Assembly: GCA_030390025.1 (NCBI GenBank)
Contig: CM059431.1
Location: 149,670,001 to 149,734,000 of the forward strand
Source: Squalus acanthias
Lineage: Eukaryota
DNA: 64,000 nt
Direction: 5' to 3'
The position numbers were made by a program, and so were the translations under genes. Below the pieces are notes generated by a model. The model had not been told where the DNA came from and did not search any database. It saw only the letters and a program-made list of their open reading frames with translations. This document shows, piece after piece, positions 50,685 to 62,828 of this stretch (position 1 is its first letter; each line of letters opens with the position of its first letter).

Positions 50685-53600
50685 AGTCCCAACATCAGGA
50701 CCCCTTTCAAAGAGAGCGTCTTCCCATTAGGAACCCCGTTTTAAAGAGGGAGTCTCACCATCAGCGACCCCTTTTAAAGAGGGTGGTTCAGCAACAGGGA
50801 CACATTTTATAGAGAGAGTCTCCCCATTAGGAATCCCTTTTAAAGAGAGATTCTCGCCATCAGATAACCTTTTAATTATGGAGTCATTCTATCGTTTAAA
50901 TAGGGAGTCTCACACTTGGGGACCTATTTTAAAGAGAGAATCTTTCTATCAAGGTCCCCTTTTAAAGATGGAGTCTTTCCATCAGGGACCCCTTTTAAAG
51001 AGACCCGTCCTTTTAGGGACATCGCTTAAAGAGAGCATCTGACCATCAGGTACCCTTTTTAAAGAGGGAGTCTCCCCATTAGGGATTTCTTTTATATAGG
51101 GATTATCGTCATCAGAGATCATTTTAAAGAGGGAGTCTTTCTATCAGGGAGCACATTTAAAGAAGTAGTCTGACTATCAGGAACCCATTTTAAAGAGGGA
51201 TTCTCACCATCAGCGAAACCTTTTAAAGAGTGTGTCTCAGCATCAGGGACCCATTTTAATGACAGTGTCTCTCGATCAGTGACCCACTTTAAGAGGCACG
51301 AGCACCATAAGGGACCACTTTTAAAGAGGGAATCTCACCATGAGGGATCAATTTGAAAGAGGGAGTCTCACCATCAGGGACCCATTTTAAAGAGAGAGAC
51401 TCCCCATGAGGGATACATTTTTAAGAGGGAGTCTAACCATCAGCGACCCCTTTTAAAGAGAGTGTCTCACCATCAGAGATCAATTTTAACGATAGAGTCT
51501 CACACTCGGGGACCCCTTTAAAATATGGAGTCTCACCAGCAGGGTTGACTTTTAAAGAGAATGTCACTCATTCAGAGTCCCTTTTAAAGAGGGATTCTTG
51601 CTATCAGGGAGCCCTTTTAAGAGAAAGTCCCACTTTCGGGGACCCATTTTAAGGAGAGAGTCTTTCCATCACGTGCCCCTTTTAAAGAGAGAGTCTTTTT
51701 TATCAGGGACACATTTTAAAAAGGGAGTATCTCCATAAGGGACACTTTTAAAGTGAGTGTGTCTCCATCAGGGACAACATTTAAAGAGGGGGTCTCACCA
51801 AGATGGACCCCTTTTAAAGAGGGAGTCTCACAATCAGGAAACCCTTTTAAAGAGGGAGTCTCCCCATCAGTGACTCCTTTTAAAGAGGGAGGCTCACCAT
51901 CAGGGGCCTGTTTTAAATTGGGAGTCTCACCATCAGGGACCCCTTTTAAAGAGGGAATCTCACCATCAGGGATCAATTTGAAAGAGGGAGTCTCACCATC
52001 AAGGACCCATTTTAAAGAGAGAGTCTCCCCATTAGGGACCCATTTTAATGACAGTGTCTCTCGACCAGTTAATCATTTTAAAGAGGCACTAGCACCATCA
52101 GGGACCACTTTTAAAGAGGGAATCTCACCATCAGGGATCAATTTGAAAGAGGGAGTCTCACCATCAGGGACCCATGTTAAAGAGAGAGTCTCCCCATTAG
52201 CAATACCTTTTTAAGAGGGAGTCTAACCATCAGCGACCAATTTTAAAGAGGGTGTCTCACCATCAGGGATCAATTTGAAAGAGGGAGTCTCACCATCAGG
52301 GACTCATGTTAAAGAGAGAGTCTCCCTTTAGTGATGCCTTTTTAAGAGGGAGTCTAACCATCAGCGACCACTTTTAAAGAGGGTGTCTCAGCATTAGGGA
52401 CACATTTTAAAGAGACTGTTTCACCATCAGAGACCCTTTTAAAGAGGGATTCTTTATATCAGGGAGCCATTTTAAATAGTGAGTCACTCCATTGGGGAAC
52501 CATTTTAAAGAGAGTTTCTTTCTATCAGGAATCCCTTTTAAAGAGGGAGTCTTTCTATCAGGGACCCATTTGAAAGAGAATCTTCCTATTCGGGACACCG
52601 TTTAAAGAGAGAGTCTCTCCATCAGGGTTCCCTTTTAAAGAGAGAGTGTCAAAATCAAGGACACATTTTAAAGAGGTAGTCTCCCCATCAAGGAACCCTT
52701 TTAAAAAAGTCTCACGATCAGGGACCCCTTTTAAAGCGGGAGTCTTACCATCAGGGACCCTTTTACTGAGAGTGTCTCAACATTAGGGACACCTTTTATA
52801 GAGAGTGTAACCATCATTGACGCCTTTTAAAGAGAGAGTCTCACCATCAGAAATCAATTTGAACGATAGAGTCTCACACTCAGGGACCCCTTCAAAATAT
52901 GGAGTCTCACAAGCAGGGTCGACTTTTAAAGAGAGTGTCACACCTTCAGAGTCCCTTTTAAAGATGGAGTCTTGCTATCAGGGACCTCTTTTAAGAGGAA
53001 GTCCCACTCTCGGGGACCCATTTTAAAGAGAAAGTCTCTCCATCACGTGCCCCTTTTGAAGAGAGAGTATTTTTATCAGCGACACCTTATAAAAAGGGAG
53101 TGTCTCCATCAGGGACACTTTTAAAGAGGGGGCTCACCATCATGGACCCCTTTAAAAGAGGAAGTCTCACCATCAGGAAACCCTTTTAAAGAGGGAGTCA
53201 CCCCATCAGTGACTCCTTTTAAAGAGGGAGGCTCACCATCAGGGGCCCCTTTTAAAGAGGGAATCTCACCATCAGGGATCAATTTGAAAGAGGCAGTCTC
53301 ACCATCAGAGACCCATTTTAAAGAGAGAGTCTCCCCATTAGCGATACCTTTTTAAGAGGGAGTCTAACCATCAGCGACCACTTTTAAAGAGGGTGTCTCA
53401 CCATCAGAGACCCTTTTAAAGAGGGATTCTTTATATCAGGGAGCCATTTTAAATAGGGAGTCACTCCATTGGGGAACCTTTTTAAAGAGAATTTCTTTCT
53501 ATCAGTAATCCGTTTTAAAGAGGGAGTCTTTCTATCAGGGGCACATTTGAAAGTGAATCTTCCTATTAGAGCCACCGTTTAAAGAGAGAGTCTCTCTATC

Positions 53601-56600
53601 AGGGATCCCTTTTAAAGAGAGAGTCTTTTTATCAGGGACACCTTTTAAGAAGGGAGTGTCTCCATCAGGGTCACTTTTAAAGAGGGTGTGTCTCCATCAG
53701 GGACAACATTTAAAGAGGGGGTCTCACCATCATGGACCCCTTTAAAAAAGGGAGTCTCACCATCAGGAAACCGTTTCAAAGAGGGAGTCTCCCCATCAGT
53801 GACCCCTTTTAAACAGGGAGGCTCACCATCAGGGGCCCCTTTTAAATTGGGAGTTTCATCATCAGGGACCCCTTTTAAAGAGGGAATCTCACCATCAGGG
53901 ATAAATTTGAAATTGGGAGTCTCACCATCAAGGACCCATTTTAAAGAGAGAGTCTCCCCATTAGGGACCCATTTTAATGACAGTGTCTCTCGACCACTGA
54001 ATCATTTTAAAGAGGCACGAGCACCATCAGGGATCAATTTTAAAGAGGGAATCTCACCATCAGGGTTCAATTTGAAAGAGGGAGTCTCACCATCAAGGAC
54101 CCATTTTAAAGAGAGAGTCTCCCCATTAGCGATACCTTTTTAAGAGGGAGTCTAACCATCAGCGACCACTTTTAAAGTGTGTGTCTCACCATCAGAGACC
54201 CTTTTAAAGAGGGATTCCTTATATCAGGGAGCCATTTTCAATAGGGAGTCACTCCATTGGGGAACCTTTTTAAAGATAATTTCTTTCTATCAGTAATCCC
54301 TTTTAAAGAGGGAGTCTTTCTATAAGGGGCACATTTGAAAGAGAATCTTCCTATTAGGGCCACCGTTTAAAGAGAGAGTCTCTCTATCAGGGATCCCTTT
54401 TAAAGAGAGAGTCTTTTTATCAGGGACACCTTTTAAAAAGGGACTGTCTCCATCAGGGTCACTTTTAAAGAGGGTGTGTCTCCATCAGGGACAACATTTA
54501 AAGAGGGGGTCTCACCATCATGGACCCCTTTAAAAAAGGGAGTCTCACCATCAGGAAACCGTTTTAAAGAGGGAGTCTCCCCATCAGTGACCCCTTTTAA
54601 ACAGGGAGGCTCACCATCAGGGGCCCCTTTTAAATTGGGAGTTTCATCATCAGGGACCCCTTTTAAAGAGGGAGTCTCACCATCAAGGACCCATTTTAAA
54701 GAGAGAGTCTCCCCATTAGGGACCCATTTTAATGACAGTGTCTCTCGACCACTGAATCATTTTAAAGAGGCACTAGCACCACCAGGGATCACTTTTAAAG
54801 AGGGAATCTCACCATCAGGGATCAATTTGAAAGAGGGAGTCTCACCATCAAGGACCCATTTTAAAGTGAGAGTCTCCCCATTAGGGACCAATTTTAATGA
54901 CAGTGTCTCTCGACCAGTGAATCATTTTAAAGAGGCACTAGCACCATCCGGGATCACTTTTAAAGAGGGAACCTCACCATCAGGGATCAATTTGAAAGAG
55001 GGAGTCTCACCATCAAGGACTCATTTTAAAGAGAGAGTCTCCCCATTAGGGACCCATTTTAATGACAGTGTCTCTCGACCAGTTAATCATTTTAAAGAGG
55101 CACTAGCACCATCAGGGATCACTTTTAAAGAGGGAATCTCACCATCAGGGATCAATTTGAAAGAGTGAGTCTCACCATCAGGGACCCATTTTAAAGAGAG
55201 AGTCTCCCCATTAGTGATGTCTTTTTAAGAGGGCGTCTAACCATCAGCGACCCCTTTTAAAGAGGGTGTCTGAGCATCAGGGACCCATTTTAAAGAGACT
55301 GTCTCACCATCAGAGACCCTTTTAAAGAGGGATTCTTTATATCCGGGAGCCATTTTAAATAGAGAGTCACTCCATTGGGGAACCATTTTAAAGAGAGTTT
55401 CTTTCTATCAGGAATCCTTTTTAAAGAGGGAGTCTTTCTATCAGGGACCCATTTGAAAGAGAATCTTCCTATTCGGGACACCGTTTAAAGAGAGAGTCTC
55501 TCCATCAGGGATCCCTTTTAAAGAGGGAGTGTCAAAATCAAGGACACATTTTAAAGAGGTAGTCTCCCCATCAAGGAACCCTTTTAAAAAAGTCTCACGA
55601 TCAGGGACCCCTTTTAAAGCGGGAGTCTTACCATCAGGGACCCTTTTACTGAGAGTGTCTCAACATTAGGGACACCTTTTATAGAGAGTGTAACCATCAT
55701 TGACGCCTTTTAAAGAGAGAGTCTCACCATCAGAAATCAATTTGAACGATACAATCTCACACTCAGGGACCCCTTCAAAATATGGAGTCTCACAAGCAGG
55801 GTCGACTTTTAAAGAGAGTGTCACACCTTCAGAGTCCCTTTTAAAGATGGAGTCTTGCTATCAGGGACCTCTTTTAAGAGGAAGTCCCACTCTCGGGGAC
55901 CCATTTTAAAGAGAGAGTCTCTCCATCACGTGCCCCTTTGAAGAGAGAGTATTTTTATCAGCGACACCTTATAAAAAGGGAGTGTCTCCATCAGGGACAC
56001 TTTTAAAGAGGGGGCTCACCATCATGGACCCCTTTAAAAGAGGAAGTCTCACCATCAGGAAACCCTTTTAAAGAGGGAGTCTCCCCATCAGTGACTCCTT
56101 TTAAAGAGGGAGGCTCACCATCAGGGGCCCCTTTTAAAGAGGGAATCTCACCATCAGGGACCCCTTTTAAGAGGGAATCTCACCATCAGGGATCAATTTG
56201 AAAGAGGGAGTCTCACCAGCAGAGACCCATTTTAAAGACAGAGTCTCTCCATTAGCGATACCTTTTTAAGAGGGAGTCTAACCATCAGCGACCCATTTTA
56301 AAGAGGTCGTCTCACCATCAGAGACCATTTTAAAGAGGGATTCTTTATATCAGGGAGCCATTTTAAATAGGGAGTCACTCCATTGGGGAACCATTTTAAA
56401 GAGCATTTCTTTCTAGCAGGAATCCCGTTTAAAGAGGGAGTCTTTCTATCAGGGATCCCTTTTAAAGAGAGAGTCTTTTTATCAAGGACACCTTTTAAAA
56501 AGGGAGTGTCTCCATCAGGGACACTTTTAAAGAGGGGTACTCACCATCCTGGACCCCTTTTAAAGAGTGAGGCTCACCATCAGGGAGCCCTTTTAAAGAG

Positions 56601-58563
56601 GGAGTCTCACCCTCGTGCACCAATTTTAAAGATAGAGTCTATCTCTCAGGGAACCCTTTTGAAGAGGACGTATTTCAATCCGTGAACCCTGTTAAAGATA
56701 AAATCTCTCCATTAGGGAGCCCTTTCAAAGAGCGAGTCTAACCATCAGTGACCACTTTTAAATAGAGAGTCTTTATATCAGGTACCGCTATTAAAGAGGG
56801 AGTCTCACACTCGGATAGCATTTTAAAGCGGGAGTCTTTCTATCAGGGAGCCCTTTTAAGGAGTGAGTCTCACCATCTGGGATCACTTTTAAAGAGGGAG
56901 TCGTTCTATCAGGGAGGCCTTTTAAAGGAAGTCTCCCCATCTGAGACCCTTTTAAAGAGGGAGTCTTTCTATCAGGGAGCCCGTTTAAAGAGGAAATGTC
57001 ACCATCAGGGACCCTTTTAAAGAGGGAGATTTTTTAAGGAAGACTTTTTAAAGAGTGTCTTCCACTCAAGGAAACCTTTTAAAGAGAGCGTCTCCCACTC
57101 AGGTACCCTTTTTAAAGAGGAAATTTCGCCATCAGGGACATCTTTTAACTAGAGTGTCTCCCCATCAGGGATCCCTATTAAAGAGGAAGTCTCAATATCA
57201 GAGACACATTTTAAAGAGTGTGTGTCACCATCAGGGATCCCCTTTTAATGAGATAATCTCTCCATCCGGGCCCCCTTTTAAAGAGAGAGTCTCACCATCA
57301 GTGACCCATTTTAAAGAGGTTGTCTCACCATCAGCGACACCTTTTAAAGAGAGGTTCTCACAATCAGGGATCCCTTTTAAAGAGAGAGTCTCGCCATCAG
57401 TCACGCATTTTAAAATGGAGTCAGCATCAGGGATGACTTTTAAAGAGGGTGTCTCCCCATCAGGGACCTTATAAAAGAGGTGTCTCAGCATCAGGGACAC
57501 CTTTTAAAGATGGAGTCCCACCATCAGGGAGCACTTTTAACGAGTGAGTCTCACCATCAGGGACCTCCTTTAAAGAGAGAATCTCAGCCTCAGGGACACC
57601 CTCTTTAAAAGGGGTCCGTGATTGAGACAGTCCCTCATTATAAGGGGTCCCAAATGGTGAGAATCTCTCTTTAAAATATTTCCCTAAGCGGACGATCTTC
57701 TTTAAAAGGGGTCCCTGATAGAACGACTGCCTCTTTCAAAGGGTCTCAGATGGTGAGACTCCCTCTTTAAAAGGGGTACCTGATATAAAGACTCCCTTTA
57801 AAAGGGCAACCTCATGGAGAGAATCCCCCTTTAAAAGGGATCCCTGATGGCGAGACTCCTCTTTAAAAGGTGTCTCACCATCGGGGACACCTTTTAAAGA
57901 GGCAGTCTCACCATCAGGGACCCCTTTTAAAGAGGGAGTCTCACCATCAGGGACCCATTTTAAAAAGTGGATGTCACCATCAGGGACCCCTTTTAAAGAG
58001 AGAGTCTTTGTCTCAGGGACCCTTTTTAAAGAGGGCGTCTTTCTATCAGGGAACGCTTTTAAAGAGAGATTCTCCCCACTGGGGACACCTTTTAAATAAA
58101 GATTCTCGCCATCAGGATCCCATTTTAAAGAGGTTGTTTCAGCGTCACGGACGCCTTTTAAAGAGGGAGTCTCACCAGCAGGGATACATTTTAAAGAGAG
58201 AGTCTCGCCATCAGGGACCACTTTTGAAGAGAAAGTATTTCTATCAAGGACCCCTCTTAAAAAGGGAGTCTTTCATTCAGGGACCCCTTTTAAAGAGAAT
58301 CTTCCAATTAGGGACACCCTTTAAAGAGTGAGTCTAACCTCAGGGATACCTTTAAAGAGGCAGTCTTTCTATCAGGGTGCACTTTTAAACACAGTGTCTC
58401 ACCATCAGGGACAACTTTTAAAAAGAGTGTATCGCCATCATTGACGCCTTTTAAACAGGGAGTCTCAGCATCAGGTACCACTTTTAAAGAATGAGACTCA
58501 CATCAGGGACCCCTTTTAAAGAGAGAGTCTCACTATCAGTGACCCCTTTTAAAGAGAGAGACT
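50685..58563. repeat. 33-bp satellite A, reverse orientation, with nested duplications and a short inverted block at ~57597-57870
   Basis: Offsets of 2883 (52407/55290, 52817/55700) and 788 (53688/54476). The strand flips at ~57597 and flips back at ~57865. Confidence 0.95.
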
Positions 58564-60038
58564 TGCAGGGGTTGGTGGTTTGTGTCAGCTTCACCTCTGA
58601 CTTCTGAGCGCTTCGAATCGCTCCCACACCCTTGGTTCTAGACCTTGGACTTATTTGGGGGTTGTGACAAAAGTGCAGCAGACAACTGGTTTTGATGCAA
58701 GAACTTTGATCTTTATTCAAGAGAGTAAAACACAACACTACAATCTTAACACTCTAAAAGTCGGGAACACTTCGGTACAAACGAGGGAAATAACATTAGA
58801 AGAATGCTTCATCAATCCCAATCCCACTTCCCTAGCTAGGCTGGACTCCAGAGAAATGGGGATGATACTCACCAGAATCCTTGACATTTGGGCTTGTTCG
58901 TGGTATTGGGGTTGTTGGTTGGTGTCTGCCGTACTCTGTACGCGGTAGAGGAGTTCAAATGCGAAGCTGGTCAGTCTTCGCGAGTCCGCTGATGCGGAAG
59001 GGTGTGTATTGGATCTATCAGGTGAGTACCCACTTGTCTTTGCTTTAGAAGTAGGGTTTAGAGTTTTTTAAGGGAAAATCTTACCCAGGGGTAAGTCAGG
59101 AGTAGATTATAAAGTGGAAACTTTGCGGATCTTCGATTTTTCTTCGAGTGTGTTTTCTTTGGTCGCGATGGTCCAATATTCGTACTTGGTGTTCGTTACT
59201 TTTTTTCGTGAGGGCCTTGTTGCCGTGAGGTGTCCGATGATCACTGAGGCGGTCGTTCTGGTTTCTTCATGTTTCGGCCTACGTTGCTGGATCGTCTGGC
59301 CTTCGAGCTGTCGACCTTCTGGCTGGACACGGAACGCTGAACGATGGTGTTTTAGAACTGTGTTGCGGAGAATGACTCCATGGCTGTCTTCTTATTCTTC
59401 CTTCCTCTTCTTCTTTTTTCAGTTTGAGAACGGCCTTCAATTATACCAATTGAAGCTCCCTTATCTGCGAGCCAAATCAGATCCCGGTCATTGTTAGATT
59501 TTGGCAGGCTCGTCAATGGTAACTTGTTTGTTAAGATGTGAAGTTGTTTTGGGATGGCCCCATCCTGTCGATTTTCCACTTAATAGTAGTTGACTGTCCT
59601 CATGTTTTGGGTTATCTTGACTGGGCCTGGGATTTATATAGAGTAGGCCGAAGTAATCTGTTTTATGCATGTTTTAATGTGCTCCGTAAATTGAGGTTGA
59701 GACTCGTTTACATCGGGTGTATTGTAAGGATGTTAATGTCTGATAGGGGCCGATTTAACTCCCAGCGAGGTCATGCGGTTCCCCAGAAAGTTTCCACTAG
59801 CTCCAATACACAAACTTTCTCTGCAGAGGTTGAACCCACCTCCTTTCACAGCTTTTTCTCCCTTACAAGTCCAGACATGTCGTTTAAAATACCAAATCTT
59901 TCTTTTTGCTCAATATGTGCTTCGCTTAGGCCCCATGCACTTCACCACCCTGTATTAGTTAGAAAAGTGTCCAAAGTATTTTTTCTTAGTGTCTGTCTTC
60001 GAGTTTTAGGGGGATCTGTGAATTTTGAGAATCTTACA
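58564..60038 (-). mobile_element. LTR of the same family as 49178-50684, inverted, without matching TSD
   Basis: Minus strand reads TGTAAGATTCTCAAAATTCACAGATCCCC ... CCCCTGCA and is colinear with the solo LTR. Flanks are GACT (satellite) and GCAT (env). Confidence 0.88.
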
Positions 60039-62474
60039 GCATCTTAAAGCTGAAGAATGTGACATAGTTTTGAAGGTTGATAATGATTTTCCTGACAGTG
60101 AGGTGAACAGTGGAGGGTTCAGGAATGGGGACAATCCATTCCTGGGCCACTTGAACTTCTGCTTCGGCTCTAAAGCAGAAACTGCTGTCACTTACCGGAC
60201 ACCAGATGTGCAAACCATGCTGGTAGTGGGGCGCACTTGTGGTGACACAATATATCCCACCCCGTATGAATGCGAACTGTGGGGCAACATGGCCTTGTGC
60301 CAATACCTTCATGATACAGTTGACAGGTCGTGCGCCAACAGCTTTAAACCCGTACTGTGGTCTACAATAGGCATTCAAGTGCTCGGGACACAGTATTATT
60401 TGTGCACCCTGTCTGCGACTCCCGGAGAGGTCAGTGCCTGCCAAAGTGTGCTCCCACTTCATGAATTAATGTGGGACCACTGCGAAGCGGACGTGTGCAC
60501 CCCCTTGAATGATCCCAATGTTCTCAACCCTGTATACCGGTGCGGGCCTGGCTGTCCCACCCATGACCGGCATCCTCACTACTATCCCCATGATAGAGTG
60601 ATTGGAACGCCCACAATCTACTGGAACAGGGTAGGCTTCAGATGGTAGGCGGAGCTGACACGGGCTCAGCGAATTGCTAAACGGGTGGAGGCCTGCGAAG
60701 TGCTTGTTGCTGATACAGGAGGGGACTAAACCTTGTTTTAAATCCTCCACGTTGCTACGGCCCTCGCCCTTCAAACATGCCACATGTAGCACACACACCT
60801 AATTCTGTGCAGCCTGCTCCGAAACATTCCTATCGCAACACGGTGGCATAGTGGTTAGCACTGGTGCCTCACAGCGCCAGGGACCCGGGTTCGAATCTGA
60901 CCTTGGGTGACTGTCTGTGTGGAGTTTGCACATTCTCCCCGTGTCTGCATGGGTTTCCTCCGGGTGCTCCGGTTTCCTCCCACAGTCCAAAAATGTGCAG
61001 GTTAGGTTGATTTGGCTATGATAAAAAAATTGACCCTTAGTGTTAGGGGGGGATTGAATATGTGGGGTTATGGGGATAGGATGGGATATGTTGGGGGGAA
61101 TTAAATGCGTGGGGTTGCGGGGGTAGGGTGGGATGTGTGTACTGTGGGGATTGGGGCAGGGACAGGGTGCTGGATTTGGATGATCAGCCATGATCGTGTT
61201 GAATGGTGGAGCAGGCTCGACGGGCCGAATGGCCTACTCCTGCTCCTAGATTCTATGTTTCCGTATGAGTGCATTTACTGTTTTTGCGTTTCTCTCTAGC
61301 TCAGCAATGATCTCCTTTAAATGGACTGTCATAGCTTGGTCCTCGTGTAGCTCTGAGCCTACCACTTTAGTTTTTTCCGTTAGGATTTTTCATGGTTTGT
61401 TTTTTAGACCATCTATCTGTGTTTGCAGTTCTATATTGTCCAGGCTATTTATTGCAGAGGATCCTGTATTGTAGAAAGTGAAAATATCGTTCCAGGTCCC
61501 TGTCCGTTGACTCCCTGCGCTCATAGTGTGCTCTGCGTTTAATGTGTACAGCTCTGCATTGTCTATGTTGGCAAAGTCGAATTCGTAGAATTTCCTAAAC
61601 ATTTATTACAGCAGGGCCTGGTATAGCTGTTCTGTCTCCTCGGGACACCATTCAGATAAGTGTACTTCGGTAACGTTTGGGATAACTGAAGCTAATGCAT
61701 AGTGTACACCCTGGTATTGTACCTTTTCGTTCGGCACTAGCACAAGCCCATTCTCTGGTCCCTTGTTGGTGGTAGGACACCTCTCTATCACTGCCCGTGA
61801 TGTCATGGTCGTGGGCAGGGGCTATCGGGTGCGTGCTACGAGTTCGGTGGCGTTGACTGGGATCGGGGAGAGTGCGAGCGCGCACGCATGCAGGCTAGTA
61901 TCCCACCCCATCCACTTCCTGGTATCTTGCCATTGTCTGGAGAAGATGATGGCTATGCCTGTGGGGCAGGCTCTCTATGATCCCCACATACAGACATAGA
62001 TTCCCTTTTCCACCACTAATTCCAACACACACACACTCCCCCTGGGGTCCCTGTGATCGTCCGGTAGTTGTCGTTCCCAGTCAGCTGTATTGTCCCCTAT
62101 ATCCATGCTCAGCATCCTGAGCCACCACCACCTATCCAGGGGAATCCGTCCGTTGCATGTGAGAAACACACGTTTCCCTTCAGTGACGCTGACACTTGTA
62201 GCAACGACCTGTACCCTGGGGCACGGGATGGAGGCCTCCACGTAGGTGAACCCGGTCTGGCAGGAGTATTTTGCAGAGTTAGACCCTAGCCACCCTGGCC
62301 ACCTTCCGTCATGGAAGTAAATAGCCAGCAACTCCACACCTGGTTTGCCACCCCCAGCGGTAACGATCGGCGCTCTCTCTCTCCCGAGCACCCATAAATG
62401 TGGGAGTCCTCCACGTCACCTCGGTCACCGATGCTCACCCCTACCAGGGCGAGCAGGAGCAGAACCTTCCTCAT
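60039..62474 (-). pseudogene. env: Lokiretrovirus-like env: signal peptide, Ig-like domain(s), Mononegavirales-F-like class I fusion protein; SINE-interrupted, TM region missing
   Basis: MRKVLLLLALVGVSIG signal. VSVTEGKRVFLTC..WWW..EKGIYVC. Decayed cleavage site SQRT|G followed by fusion-peptide-like TWNDIFTFYNTGSSAINSLD and a heptad. Then VVRMPV..VYRVENIG, TDLSG..IILCPE and IYCVTT. Fragments share one frame across stops (62391-61265 and 60834-60034). Confidence 0.75.
60835..61262 (+). mobile_element. HE1-like tRNA-derived V-SINE inserted antisense in env
   Basis: A box TGGCATAGTGG, B box GGTTCGAATC, V-domain, and CR1-type tail GGAGCAGGCTCGACGGGCCGAATGGCCTACTCCTGCTCCT..TTCTATG. Confidence 0.92.
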
Positions 62475-62828
62475 GCCGATTTCCTCTTTGTAGGTACACA
62501 CAAAACAGATAGTGATGTCCCGAGAAGGTTGTCTGGTTTGACAGGTGATCGAGTCTCGAAAATTTAAACATACTTAATTAAAATAATTGATTAAATCTAA
62601 AACTACCAAAACTGTAAAACACACCTAAATACCTAAAGCTCTGTACATCCGCGGTCCGTCTCCGGACAGCCAGGATAATTCCTGTTTGACCTCTATTTTG
62701 GGCAGCTTCTGAGCAGCCTGTACGCCTGGGCATAAGCTGGCCTGTATAGCAGGACCCGGAGAGTCCTTTTTAAAACAACTCAGGGTTTCCCTGAATCCCT
62801 GATAATCCGGGGAGTGTCCCCTAAAGTT

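Noticed and set aside
5972..58563. Many ORFs with ETPSLKGVPDG / FKEGVSPSGTP / LKRESHHQGP repeats
   Set aside because: They are translations of the 33-bp satellite in several frames on both strands, with frequent frameshifts and no gene structure.
49178..60038. Inverted 1.5-kb repeats as TIRs of one giant DNA transposon
   Set aside because: The left copy has its own TSD and LTR-type ends, the copies differ by large indels, and the interior is only satellite.
60025..60648. 207-aa Cys-rich plus-strand ORF
   Set aside because: Antisense shadow of the minus-strand env; it lacks an ATG start and crosses the LTR boundary.
60835..60910. tRNA-like sequence with A and B boxes (also ~32295-32368)
   Set aside because: It is the head of a SINE, followed by a V-domain and CR1 tail, not a tRNA gene.
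61975..62391. Ig-like segment as an exon of a host immune gene
   Set aside because: It is in frame with the downstream fusogen-like sequence, follows a signal peptide without introns, and lies directly after an integrase, so a viral env is the simpler reading.
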